This document shows positions 10,208 to 18,479 of a stretch of 64,000 nucleotides of DNA, in pieces. This DNA is from Pseudomonadota bacterium (lineage in GTDB: Bacteria > Pseudomonadota > Gammaproteobacteria > Steroidobacterales > JBCCMA01). The notes under the pieces are model-generated. The model searched no databases. It was not told the DNA's origin and worked only from the letters and a program-made list of their open reading frames with translations. Every line of letters starts with the position of its first letter. Position 1 is the stretch's first letter. The translations under genes and the position numbers were made by a program. The stretch is taken from NCBI GenBank assembly GCA_039026595.1, contig JBCCMA010000002.1, forward strand, positions 1,047 to 65,046, written 5' to 3'.

Positions 10208-10618
10208 TGCGTACCTCCCTGTCGCGCGCCACGTGAGTGTTACGTGTGATCACGCGTTGACTGCGTCGTTTTGATTTTTATTTCAGTGGACTTTGAATCC
10301 ACGCTGACTACGTGACAAATTATCACAATCCCGACAGTCCAATGATCCTCCTTGGGCTGTTCGCAATCAGATGATGTTCGTACGAAATGGCTCAGATTCG
10401 ACCCTGTGTTCTGTTTTGCGCAGTTAGATGAGATGCCTGAGACAAATGACACTCATCAAACACAACACCACCGCGCGACCGACGACTGATTGGTCTGTTT
10501 GCAGGGAGACGCCACCGCGCAGAAAAACGGAAGGACCGACCAGCCTGAACTCGCGTGTCAGCAGAGGCAATTTGCCGGCTCAATGTCCAACTTCAAATCA
10601 CCCTAAGCAGGAAATCCC

Positions 10619-10915
10619 ATGACCCAAACTATTTTCGACTGTCCTGAACAAGTAACAGGTCTCGTACTGATCGCCGCCGGCACATCCCCCACCATCCGGG
10701 GCGTGCTACAAATATCGATCCCGCGGTGTTTCGAACTACTTGGTTTCGACAGCACAAATGTGGCCAGCCTAGGCGGCGCGACACAGCTACCTTCGAATGA
10801 GGAACTCGTCCGAATCGGGCATGCCATTCTCAGCTACTACATCGCAGACCCCAACTACACTCAGAATGGACCCCAAGCGTCCGAATTCTTCCGTGCGAAC
10901 GGCTTCACCGACTGA
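10619..10915 (+). CDS. hypothetical protein (orphan, in a lower-GC patch)
   Basis: 98-aa ORF with AGGAAA upstream of the ATG. I recognised no motif, so the coding status is uncertain. Confidence 0.3.
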   Translation: MTQTIFDCPEQVTGLVLIAAGTSPTIRGVLQISIPRCFELLGFDSTNVASLGGATQLPSNEELVRIGHAILSYYIADPNYTQNGPQASEFFRANGFTD

Positions 10916-10977
10916 CCTCAATAACCAAGTGCAACGAGTAGAGCCCGTCGGCTCAAACACGCGGTGTCGCCACGACA

Positions 10978-11439
10978 TCAAAATGGCCGGCAGCGTTTGA
11001 TCACCCTCTGCAGACCCCCAGAAATACGACGCTCGCGCAGAGAAATTGTCTGCGCGAGCACTCTCTGTTGGCTGACACCTTGCAGCTTCACGTGCAATAC
11101 GTCATACCCGTCCGGGGGGGCGCAGATCGACACTTCGAGTCCAAGCGCCTGCTGAGCCAGTTCGAGCTGACTGTCGGCACGTATTACCGCACTACCTAAG
11201 AGCATTGGATTAATGTCTGCGTGGCGCGTAGGCGTTGCAATCAGATCAACAAAGACCACGCGGTATCCCAGCGGATCGTCCGGCGCCACCGGCATCTCGA
11301 CATCCACCAGGGCAATGCTGTCTTCCATTCGAATCCGGACCCGAGCCTCATAGGTCTCCACATACCAGCACGGTGCACACAGGCACAACGTGACCAGATA
11401 GATCGCTGTACGGGCAATCCTTGCCAGACGACGGATCAC
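10978..11439 (-). CDS. hypothetical membrane-anchored protein, co-transcribed with the ECF sigma factor (possible anti-sigma or partner)
   Basis: GTG start 6 nt after the sigma-factor stop. It has an N-terminal TM (TAIYLVTLCLCAPCWYV). I recognised no anti-sigma (ZAS/RskA) motif. Confidence 0.5.
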   Translation of the reverse strand: MIRRLARIARTAIYLVTLCLCAPCWYVETYEARVRIRMEDSIALVDVEMPVAPDDPLGYRVVFVDLIATPTRHADINPMLLGSAVIRADSQLELAQQALGLEVSICAPPDGYDVLHVKLQGVSQQRVLAQTISLRERRISGGLQRVIKRCRPF

Positions 11440-11445
11440 ACGTGA

Positions 11446-12093
11446 TCACTCGACCGCCAGAGACATCTCACCAACTTGCCTCTGCAGGCGCTGCAGGCTC
11501 CGGAATTTGACGCGGTCAAAGTGGCGGGATGACAGCTTCAGTTCCGCCGCCACGTCGCACTTGTCTCTCTCCTCGAGGAATAAGAGTTGCAGCAGGGTAC
11601 GGTCGCGCGGGGTATGGAGTTGGTCCACGCAGGACCGTACGCTCCTGACCAGTTCGCACTGAAGCAACAGTCTTTCGGGATTGGGCGGTGTGTCAAGTTC
11701 CTCATGTTCCAGAACAGTGCACAGGTTGCGATAGCGTTTTCGCTTTCTCACCGCATCGATGAAGCAAAACTTCACCGTCCGGCTGATGTACGGGTCCAGA
11801 CGGGACGGTTCCTTCAGGGCGCCAATCCGGACTTTTGTGAGTACAGAGACGAAGGCGTCCTGAAAAACGTCTTCCTGCAATTCCACTTCGAAGGTCAGGT
11901 TGCGCAGCACGGGTCGGGCAATCTTGCAGAAGCGCCTCGCCAGTTCCTCCTCGGATCCGGGTCGGCCAGCACGGATGGCCGCAACCAGTTGCGCGGGATC
12001 GCGCGCCACACCGGAGCCTGCTGCTTTGGTGACCGGAGCGCTCCCCGGATGCTGCGATGCGAATGGCGGTGCGGTCGTTTCTTGATGCGTCAT
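11446..12093 (-). CDS. RNA polymerase sigma factor, sigma-70/ECF family
   Basis: A region-2-like segment reads LQEDVFQDAFVSVLTKVRIGAL...YISRTVKFCFIDAVRKRKR. A region-4 HTH reads PRDRTLLQLLFLEERDKCDVAAELKLSSRHFDRVKFRSLQRLQ. The first ~45 aa form a non-conserved N-terminal extension. Confidence 0.85.
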   Translation of the reverse strand: MTHQETTAPPFASQHPGSAPVTKAAGSGVARDPAQLVAAIRAGRPGSEEELARRFCKIARPVLRNLTFEVELQEDVFQDAFVSVLTKVRIGALKEPSRLDPYISRTVKFCFIDAVRKRKRYRNLCTVLEHEELDTPPNPERLLLQCELVRSVRSCVDQLHTPRDRTLLQLLFLEERDKCDVAAELKLSSRHFDRVKFRSLQRLQRQVGEMSLAVE

Positions 12094-12323
12094 GGCTTGC
12101 CCCCTTATGGATCAGATCGGTTCTGCACGTTGATTCGTGTCTTTCCGATGCCGTTTCATGGTCGGGTGGCGAACGGGGGCAAGTACTGTTTTTATTGGGA
12201 AAATTTCCTTAAAAAATCTAACGCGAGCTGATTTGTGCTACTTTCCGGTGTCCCCAACAAGACCTCGGGCCCTGCCGCGACACGCCGAGACGTCGGAAAG
12301 AAAAACGCGAAGAGGAATGCGTC

Positions 12324-14669
12324 GTGACGGACGGATCGCCTCCTGATCTTCAGGATTTCCAGCTTGGTGAATTCACGGTCCGGCCGCTGGAGCGCCTGAT
12401 CGTCGGTCCCGACGGCGTTGAGCACGAACTCACCGGCAAGAAGATGGATGTGCTGGTGTATCTGGCTCGGCGCGCCGGCCAGGTTGTCACGCGCAAGGCG
12501 TTGATGGACGACGTCTGGCAGGGGCGAGCCGTCGGCGACGATGTGCTCAACAACGCCACCAGCGTTCTGCGACGCGTTCTCGGCGACAAACCGTCTAATC
12601 CGGAATACCTGCGAACCGTGCATGGCGTGGGCTACCAGATCATTGCAACGGTAAGCGATGTGCAGACGTCACCAACTCGCGAGCCACGATCCGTGCCATG
12701 GATCGCTGTGGTTCTGGTGACCGCGGCGGTGCTGGTCGGTACAGCCCTCTGGTTGCGGTCGCCAAAAGACACGGTGGACGTTTTCCTGCCCGGTCAAAGC
12801 CCCGTGATTCTGGTTGGCAGTTCGGCAACCGATTCCACCGCAGCCGCGCCCACCTACATGGAAATTCTGGCGCAACTCCTGAGCCAGTCCCCCGCAATCA
12901 ACTTCAGCGGCCAGGACTACGTGCAAGTCGTGACTGAGCGCACACTGGGCGCGCAGCGCAGATGGCTCAGTCTGGACGAAGGGCTCAAAGTGGCGCGTGA
13001 GGGTGGCGCCGCCATTCTGGTTCACACCGCGTTCATGCAAGCCGACGATGGATTTTCGGTGCGTGCCGACATCGTCGACATGAGCGATAACGACCGACGC
13101 ACCACCATCCGCTTCACATCCGATTCTGCACTGGACTTTATCGATGGCCTCGAAGTCTTTGGCCAGCGGCTGAGAGAACGATTGGGCGAGGACGATGAGA
13201 CCATCCTCGCGTACTCACGCGCACCCAAAGACGCGATCAGCCGCGAGTTCCAGGTGCTCGATCTCTATTCCAAGGCACTTCAGGCAAGGCGCGATCATCA
13301 GTTTGAGCTCGCGATTCGGTTTTGCAGCGAAGCCATCGCCATCGATCCGAATGCTGCCTTGGTTTACCTGCTGCGCGGACGTCTTTACTACGGCCAGCAC
13401 AATCAGCGTGAGGAGGCAGAGCGTGACTGGGAGCAGGCCAGCACACTGGCAGGACGCCTCTCACACAAAGACCGGCTGCATTTGAATGCACTCAAAACCA
13501 AATTCATGAACCGTCGGGATATGGAAAGAGAGTGGCGGCTCCTTAAGAGCTCCTACCCGCTGATGCCACGCGCCCACTACGAGTACGGTAATGCGCTGTG
13601 GTACTACTTCGACGACCACATCAATGCGGCACTCGCGTACGAGAAAGCCCATGAACTTGCACCAGAGGCTTATTACAACGGCTATTACGGCGCGTACGCC
13701 GTTCTCGGGCAGAACCGCTTCGACGATGCGATCCGCGCCTTTTCCAACATCCAGAAGAAGTTCCAGTCCTACCACAATTTCGGACTTTCCGATGCGCTGG
13801 TGGCCGCTGGGCAGCACGATGACGCAGAGGCGATTCTTTTCACAGATCAGGGTCGGCGCCCAGAACTCACCGCTCCGCATCAGAAAGTGATCGCGCTCTA
13901 CATCGATCAGGGGCGTCTCAAGGATGTCGCCAACGAACTGCTCACGTTCAAGGCCAGATCCGACCGTTTTGATTGGGGAGAACTGGCCATCCATATCCCC
14001 TATCTTGCCGTTGCCCGGCTCGATCAGCCGCCGCAACAGTGGTCCGAGCAGGTTGCTCTTCGCGTCGAAAACGCCATCAGGACGCTCGATACGAGCGAAC
14101 CCTCAGACCTCGTACCGTTTGTGCAGGTGGCCATTCTGATTAAGTGGGCTGCCCGCTCGGGCCATCTCGATCTGGCCGAGCGTCTCTACGCAGCGACAAC
14201 GGCACACGGCGACTTCAAAGCCCGACGCGGTACGGTTTACCAGATGACGCTCGCCGAAGCGGAAATCGCTCGGGCACGCGGCGACCTTCAGGCGTCGAAA
14301 AAACTGCTGATCCAGCTGATCGCGGATACGGATACGTTGCAAGCACGCGAAAGCCTCGCGGCGCTGTACGTGGCGCAGCAGGATATGGATGACGCCACCG
14401 ATATGTATCAGTGGATTGTGGACCATCGCGGCTGGGCGTTTTCGCAGGGCAAGTTTACTTACGGACGCTCTGACGCCATCGCCATCTGGGCGGAGGCGCA
14501 TCGCCACCTGGGTTCGCTTCACGCTCAGGCCGGCAACCCGGATCAAGCTGAGGCTGTCTGGCGTTCTTTATGGTCGCACTGGAAATCCGGTGATCGAACC
14601 TTCCATCAAAAGCAGTCGCTCAAAAACGATTTGTGCGCCCTGACGTCCGAAGCGGACTACTGCAGTTAA
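12324..14669 (+). CDS. membrane-bound transcriptional regulator: OmpR/CadC-type winged helix, one TM helix and a periplasmic TPR region
   Basis: The N-terminus reads FQLGEFTVRPLERLIVGPDGVEHELTGKKMDVLVYLARRAGQVVTRKALMDDVWQGRAVGDDVLNNATSVLRRVLGD...LRTVHGVGYQI, a trans_reg_C-type wHTH. A TM helix (WIAVVLVTAAVLVGTALWL) follows. The C-terminal ~450 aa carry TPR-like repeats. Confidence 0.85.
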   Translation: MTDGSPPDLQDFQLGEFTVRPLERLIVGPDGVEHELTGKKMDVLVYLARRAGQVVTRKALMDDVWQGRAVGDDVLNNATSVLRRVLGDKPSNPEYLRTVHGVGYQIIATVSDVQTSPTREPRSVPWIAVVLVTAAVLVGTALWLRSPKDTVDVFLPGQSPVILVGSSATDSTAAAPTYMEILAQLLSQSPAINFSGQDYVQVVTERTLGAQRRWLSLDEGLKVAREGGAAILVHTAFMQADDGFSVRADIVDMSDNDRRTTIRFTSDSALDFIDGLEVFGQRLRERLGEDDETILAYSRAPKDAISREFQVLDLYSKALQARRDHQFELAIRFCSEAIAIDPNAALVYLLRGRLYYGQHNQREEAERDWEQASTLAGRLSHKDRLHLNALKTKFMNRRDMEREWRLLKSSYPLMPRAHYEYGNALWYYFDDHINAALAYEKAHELAPEAYYNGYYGAYAVLGQNRFDDAIRAFSNIQKKFQSYHNFGLSDALVAAGQHDDAEAILFTDQGRRPELTAPHQKVIALYIDQGRLKDVANELLTFKARSDRFDWGELAIHIPYLAVARLDQPPQQWSEQVALRVENAIRTLDTSEPSDLVPFVQVAILIKWAARSGHLDLAERLYAATTAHGDFKARRGTVYQMTLAEAEIARARGDLQASKKLLIQLIADTDTLQARESLAALYVAQQDMDDATDMYQWIVDHRGWAFSQGKFTYGRSDAIAIWAEAHRHLGSLHAQAGNPDQAEAVWRSLWSHWKSGDRTFHQKQSLKNDLCALTSEADYCS

Positions 14670-14729
14670 AGACCGAGCAGATCCGCATAAGGCAGGTGCG
14701 GCCCCGAAAAGCCGCACCTGCGCCCTCAG

Positions 14730-16082
14730 TTACCTGAACCGGAATCGCTTTCGACGCAATCCGATGCCCAGCATCAATAAGACGAACAGGAGGTCGGCGC
14801 TCCCGCCGCCACCGCCTCCAACGCCAGGCGTAATGATCGGAAATGGAACCGGCGCCGGCGCGGCATTCAACATGCCTTCAAAGTTGACCGATCCGACGAT
14901 GGACCAACCCGTGCCTGTGAACTCGCTCACTGTTAGTGTGACGAAATAGTCGCCCGACGCGGGTCGGTTGTAGACAAGGGAGCGATCGATATCGGTATAT
15001 CGGAAACCGCCCTCCAGTGGATCAAGAACGGCCTGCGCAAAGACGGTGCCCGTAATGGTCCCGAAGCCCGGATACGCCTGGCGCGTCGCCCACAATTCGA
15101 GGCGCAGGGAACCTGAGCGCGTACTGCGAGTGTTGGTCAGCTCATCCACTTCCAGATCAACAAAATCGCCACTGACTCGGTAAGTACAAGGACATCCCAG
15201 ATCAATACTCCCTGACGGAGGAGGAGGCGGAGGCGGAGGCGGAGGCGGCGCGCCGCCCCCAACCGTGTGGGTGTTACTGAAGGACACCCAATCAACCGTC
15301 CGGTCCTCCCCATCAAACTCTGTTAGCGTCAGCGCCACAAAATACGTACCGTTCGGAGGACGCCTGTACGACACCTGCTGATCGATCGGTCCCCGGAAGA
15401 ATCCACCCGCAAGCTGGCCGAGATTGACCTCGCCCATCACGTAACCGGTGATCGTCCCGCCGGTATACGGCGTTTCAGTTGCCCACAACTTGAGTTTTAA
15501 TGTGCCCGACAATCCGCCGCTGCGATTGTTGATCACTCGCTCTGCTGCGATCGACAGAACGCCCCCGTTCAGCGACCAGCTGCAGAGACAGTCAAGCTCC
15601 AAGTTGTTCGAACCCCCTCCACCGGTGTTACCCGGCGTGCCGCCCAGCTGGTGCGGGTTGTTCACCGCCGGAGCGCTGTCAAGAAACGAGTTCAGGTTCG
15701 GAAACTCGAATACCACCAGAAATACGTGATAACTACCCTGCGGTGGCGCCGTGTACGGCGCACTGAACGTGATGTTCTCAAACGCGGCGTTGGGGCGGAG
15801 CGTGCCATTGCCAAGACCCGTGAAGCCGCTGAGATTCAGCGCGGGCGTGAGCTCGTATCCACTGCCAGCCGGGTCATTGTCCGGGCTCGCCCAGAGCTGC
15901 AGGTAGAGTGTTCCTGACGTGGTGTTTTGATCGAAGTTCTGCAGCCGCGAAAAGGTGACCTCAACCTGCGCCCCCGAAATATTGAATGTGCCCTGGCCCA
16001 CGAAGCGCACGTCGGTCGCGAGCACGTGCGGCGCCAGGATGATGGCGACCAGGATTGCACCCAGTGCGCGCACGACCATCAT
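14730..16082 (-). CDS. secreted protein with three ~135-aa tandem domains, a Pro11 linker and a GlyGly-CTERM-like sorting tail
   Basis: Signal peptide MMVVRALGAILVAIILAPHVLA. The three repeats each contain G(S/T)L.L.LWA...G.Y.V.L...EF: TSGTLYLQLWASPDN..GSYHVFLVVFEF, LSGTLKLKLWATETP..GTYFVALTLTEF and RSGSLRLELWATRQA..GDYFVTLTVSEF. The C-terminus reads GVGGGGGGSADLLFVLLMLGIGLRRKRFRFR. Confidence 0.8.
   Translation of the reverse strand: MMVVRALGAILVAIILAPHVLATDVRFVGQGTFNISGAQVEVTFSRLQNFDQNTTSGTLYLQLWASPDNDPAGSGYELTPALNLSGFTGLGNGTLRPNAAFENITFSAPYTAPPQGSYHVFLVVFEFPNLNSFLDSAPAVNNPHQLGGTPGNTGGGGSNNLELDCLCSWSLNGGVLSIAAERVINNRSGGLSGTLKLKLWATETPYTGGTITGYVMGEVNLGQLAGGFFRGPIDQQVSYRRPPNGTYFVALTLTEFDGEDRTVDWVSFSNTHTVGGGAPPPPPPPPPPPSGSIDLGCPCTYRVSGDFVDLEVDELTNTRSTRSGSLRLELWATRQAYPGFGTITGTVFAQAVLDPLEGGFRYTDIDRSLVYNRPASGDYFVTLTVSEFTGTGWSIVGSVNFEGMLNAAPAPVPFPIITPGVGGGGGGSADLLFVLLMLGIGLRRKRFRFR
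15216..15248 (-). repeat. simple-sequence tract (CCG/CCT)11 with a (CCGCCT)4 core, encoding Pro11
   Basis: The plus strand reads cggaggaggaggcggaggcggaggcggaggcgg. It is in frame in the 14730..16082 CDS, between repeats 2 and 3. Confidence 0.9.
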
Positions 16083-16468
16083 TTCAAGGCCCTTTTGATC
16101 AGGACCAGATCACCGCACAACGGCGCCTCAAAAACAGACACCTTGCCGGCGTCTTCCGCTTCAATCTCCAGATAGCCCGCAGCTTCGCTCCCCTCACACG
16201 GCACGCTGAAAACATCCCCCTTGCGAATGCCAGCAACCGGCCCCGAATAGGTCACAAAGCGAACAGGCGTATCCGTCTGGTTGTGGAATGTGGTCTTGCT
16301 GGTGTCGTACTGGCCGAAGTACGAGATCGACAAGTCGGCCTCATCAACTTGTAGTTCGATGCGCTTGTGCAAGCTCGGGTCAAAGTCAGTGGCCAAAGCG
16401 GCCGGACTCAGGAACATCGCCCCCGCGATGCCCTTCAGCAGCAGAAATGAAATGCATTTTTGGGACAT
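16079..16468 (-). CDS. small secreted hypothetical protein, translationally coupled to the triple-repeat protein gene
   Basis: The ORF track gives 16079..16507. Met14 (ATG at 16468) is preceded by GGAGAGAGG and starts a signal peptide MSQKCISFLLLKGIAGAMFLSPAALA. Its stop overlaps the downstream start (ATGA at 16079-16082). Confidence 0.6.
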   Translation of the reverse strand: MSQKCISFLLLKGIAGAMFLSPAALATDFDPSLHKRIELQVDEADLSISYFGQYDTSKTTFHNQTDTPVRFVTYSGPVAGIRKGDVFSVPCEGSEAAGYLEIEAEDAGKVSVFEAPLCGDLVLIKRALK

Positions 16469-16726
16469 AGCCTCTCTCCGGTACATGGCGAGTTGCCGTG
16501 ACATCACGGCGACTCAATGCCCGGCTTGTGGAGGGTCATGCAGCGTTGTCCCACCCGAAAGCACCGCGCGATCGCTGCACCTTATCGAGGTGAGACATCC
16601 GCAACTTGCCCACACAGACCCACCGGTAGCGCGCTGCAGTCAGGCCGTTCAAAAGCAAAACACTGATCAGCTTGTCGTGCGATGCCCGCAGCCATCGCTG
16701 CCGTGTTTTTTTGTTCGGAGTAAAAA

Positions 16727-17713
16727 ATGAAACACAGAAGATTTCACCTATGTCACCGCCGCACAGATGCGGATCTATGGACGCCTGCCATCAGCGCTCT
16801 GATTGCAACGACCATTGCGCTTGCCGGATGCGGCACAACACTGCCAAACCGAACAATCGACACCGTGCAATTTGCGGGCGATGTTGAACCCCGCGTAGCG
16901 ACCTCATCAGCCTTTCAGGGCCAGTTCGACAACCTCGCTCAGAACGAATCGCTCATCGTCGCGCGAGCGAGCGATGGTGGTGGTGCCTTGTCCAGTCCCG
17001 AGCCGGCGTGGCTGATCGTGACGGAGCCGCAGCTCGAAGAACGCACCCGCGATTACCAGTACTGGCTGAGTCGTTGCGACTTTGATGGCGACGGCATGCT
17101 TGACCGCGACTGTCCGGAGCTGTTTCTTGCCCTGCAGCAGCAGGGGGACCTGGCGCTGGAGCAGGGAAACGGTTCGTTGGTTTCACAAAAAATCGTTTCC
17201 ATTAAATCGTGGTACACGATCAACCAGGATCCCGACGTCGACCGCGACAACTGGGGCGTCCGGCAGGTTCTCAATACCACCGACGCGGTGGACGCGAGAA
17301 TGCCCGTGACACTGAAGCTGTTGGCCGTGAATACGGGGAACAAGGCGTTCGACGGTGATCTTGATGTGCTGATCAACATCCCGGCCCGCGTCAGCCTCGG
17401 AAATTTGCGCGAGGCATCCAAGGTGAAAAGCAGGGCAAAGGCAAAAGGCTGGCTTGCAACGGGCATCGGTACCGGCCTCGCCGCCGCGGCAATGATGTCT
17501 GGCGTCCCGGTCGCCCCTGGCATTTTTGACGCCGGCGCTGCGCTTTCCGATACCGTTTTCGACGATTTCGAACGCATCGATTCCGAAGCCCGCTTCACTG
17601 TCGAGGATCAGTCGGACACGCGGATCGCGATCTCCGTGGAGAACATCCAGATCGGGGAGAATGAGGGCATCACCATCGAGTACGACGCGCTCTACGAGGT
17701 GATCGATGAATAA
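16727..17713 (+). CDS. hypothetical lipoprotein
   Basis: 328-aa ORF with GGAG upstream and a lipobox IALAGC. I recognised no family. Confidence 0.6.
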   Translation: MKHRRFHLCHRRTDADLWTPAISALIATTIALAGCGTTLPNRTIDTVQFAGDVEPRVATSSAFQGQFDNLAQNESLIVARASDGGGALSSPEPAWLIVTEPQLEERTRDYQYWLSRCDFDGDGMLDRDCPELFLALQQQGDLALEQGNGSLVSQKIVSIKSWYTINQDPDVDRDNWGVRQVLNTTDAVDARMPVTLKLLAVNTGNKAFDGDLDVLINIPARVSLGNLREASKVKSRAKAKGWLATGIGTGLAAAAMMSGVPVAPGIFDAGAALSDTVFDDFERIDSEARFTVEDQSDTRIAISVENIQIGENEGITIEYDALYEVIDE

Positions 17714-18071
17714 TCGCATCAATCTGCGAATCTGCCTGCCCCTTATGGGGCTGGCGATCGCCCTCACGCAAAGCGGCTGCGCCAGCGCTCCTTTGAGCGT
17801 GTGCGAAACCATGCTGAAAGACTCGCGCGCCAAGATTAAACGAATGCACAAGAGTACCGAGCGCGCCGATTTTGAACGTCACCTTGTCCTTCTGGAGACC
17901 GGCACGGTCATGTCGAGTCAGTGTCGAAGTTACTTTATTGATGCTGAGGACTACGCCAATCTTCCAGGGTCCTTGCGCGATAAGTGCGTCGGTCAATCGA
18001 CGTCCGATGAGGGCGGGTATTGCACGTTGTTTTATCTGGATGGTGAGACGCCGCGCATTCGAGTTTACTGA
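17706..18071 (+). CDS. small Cys-rich hypothetical exported protein or lipoprotein
   Basis: Overlaps the previous gene by 8 nt. The signal peptide MNNRINLRICLPLMGLAIALTQSGC has a borderline lipobox. The mature part carries 5 further Cys. Confidence 0.55.
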   Translation: MNNRINLRICLPLMGLAIALTQSGCASAPLSVCETMLKDSRAKIKRMHKSTERADFERHLVLLETGTVMSSQCRSYFIDAEDYANLPGSLRDKCVGQSTSDEGGYCTLFYLDGETPRIRVY

Positions 18072-18075
18072 CGCA

Positions 18076-18112
18076 ATACTAGGAATGACACGAACAACGC
18101 AATTCCTAGTAT
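18076..18112 (+). repeat. perfect 11-bp inverted repeat (hairpin) just after the 17706..18071 stop
   Basis: atactaggaat-N15-attcctagtat. No T-tract follows, so terminator function is uncertain. It coincides with the left edge of the low-GC islet. Confidence 0.5.
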
Positions 18113-18479
18113 GTTGAGCGGACAGCCTGCTTTGCGCAATGCGGAATTTACGCTTCGCTCAGAAATTTCAGCCCCACGTCATAGAGACACGTGTCGGTAC
18201 AGTCCTTCACCAAGTTGCAGATGCGGAGCATGGCTAGCGCGCCATCAAAGGAGCGATTGGCATTAGAAGCGCTGCAAACACAAGAGGTTCTTGTGGTGGC
18301 CGAGCAAGAGCAGGTGATAGACTTCGGTCTTAGCGGGCCCAGCTGCCGTGCTCCTTGAAACGATGATCGACTTGTTGAACAACACGAGACACCCTACTGC
18401 GGCTATTGGTGAGACATCTGGACAGAAAGCGTCACAGGTGTAGAAAGTAACCCAAAGAAATCGAAATGGAGCGCGCTTG

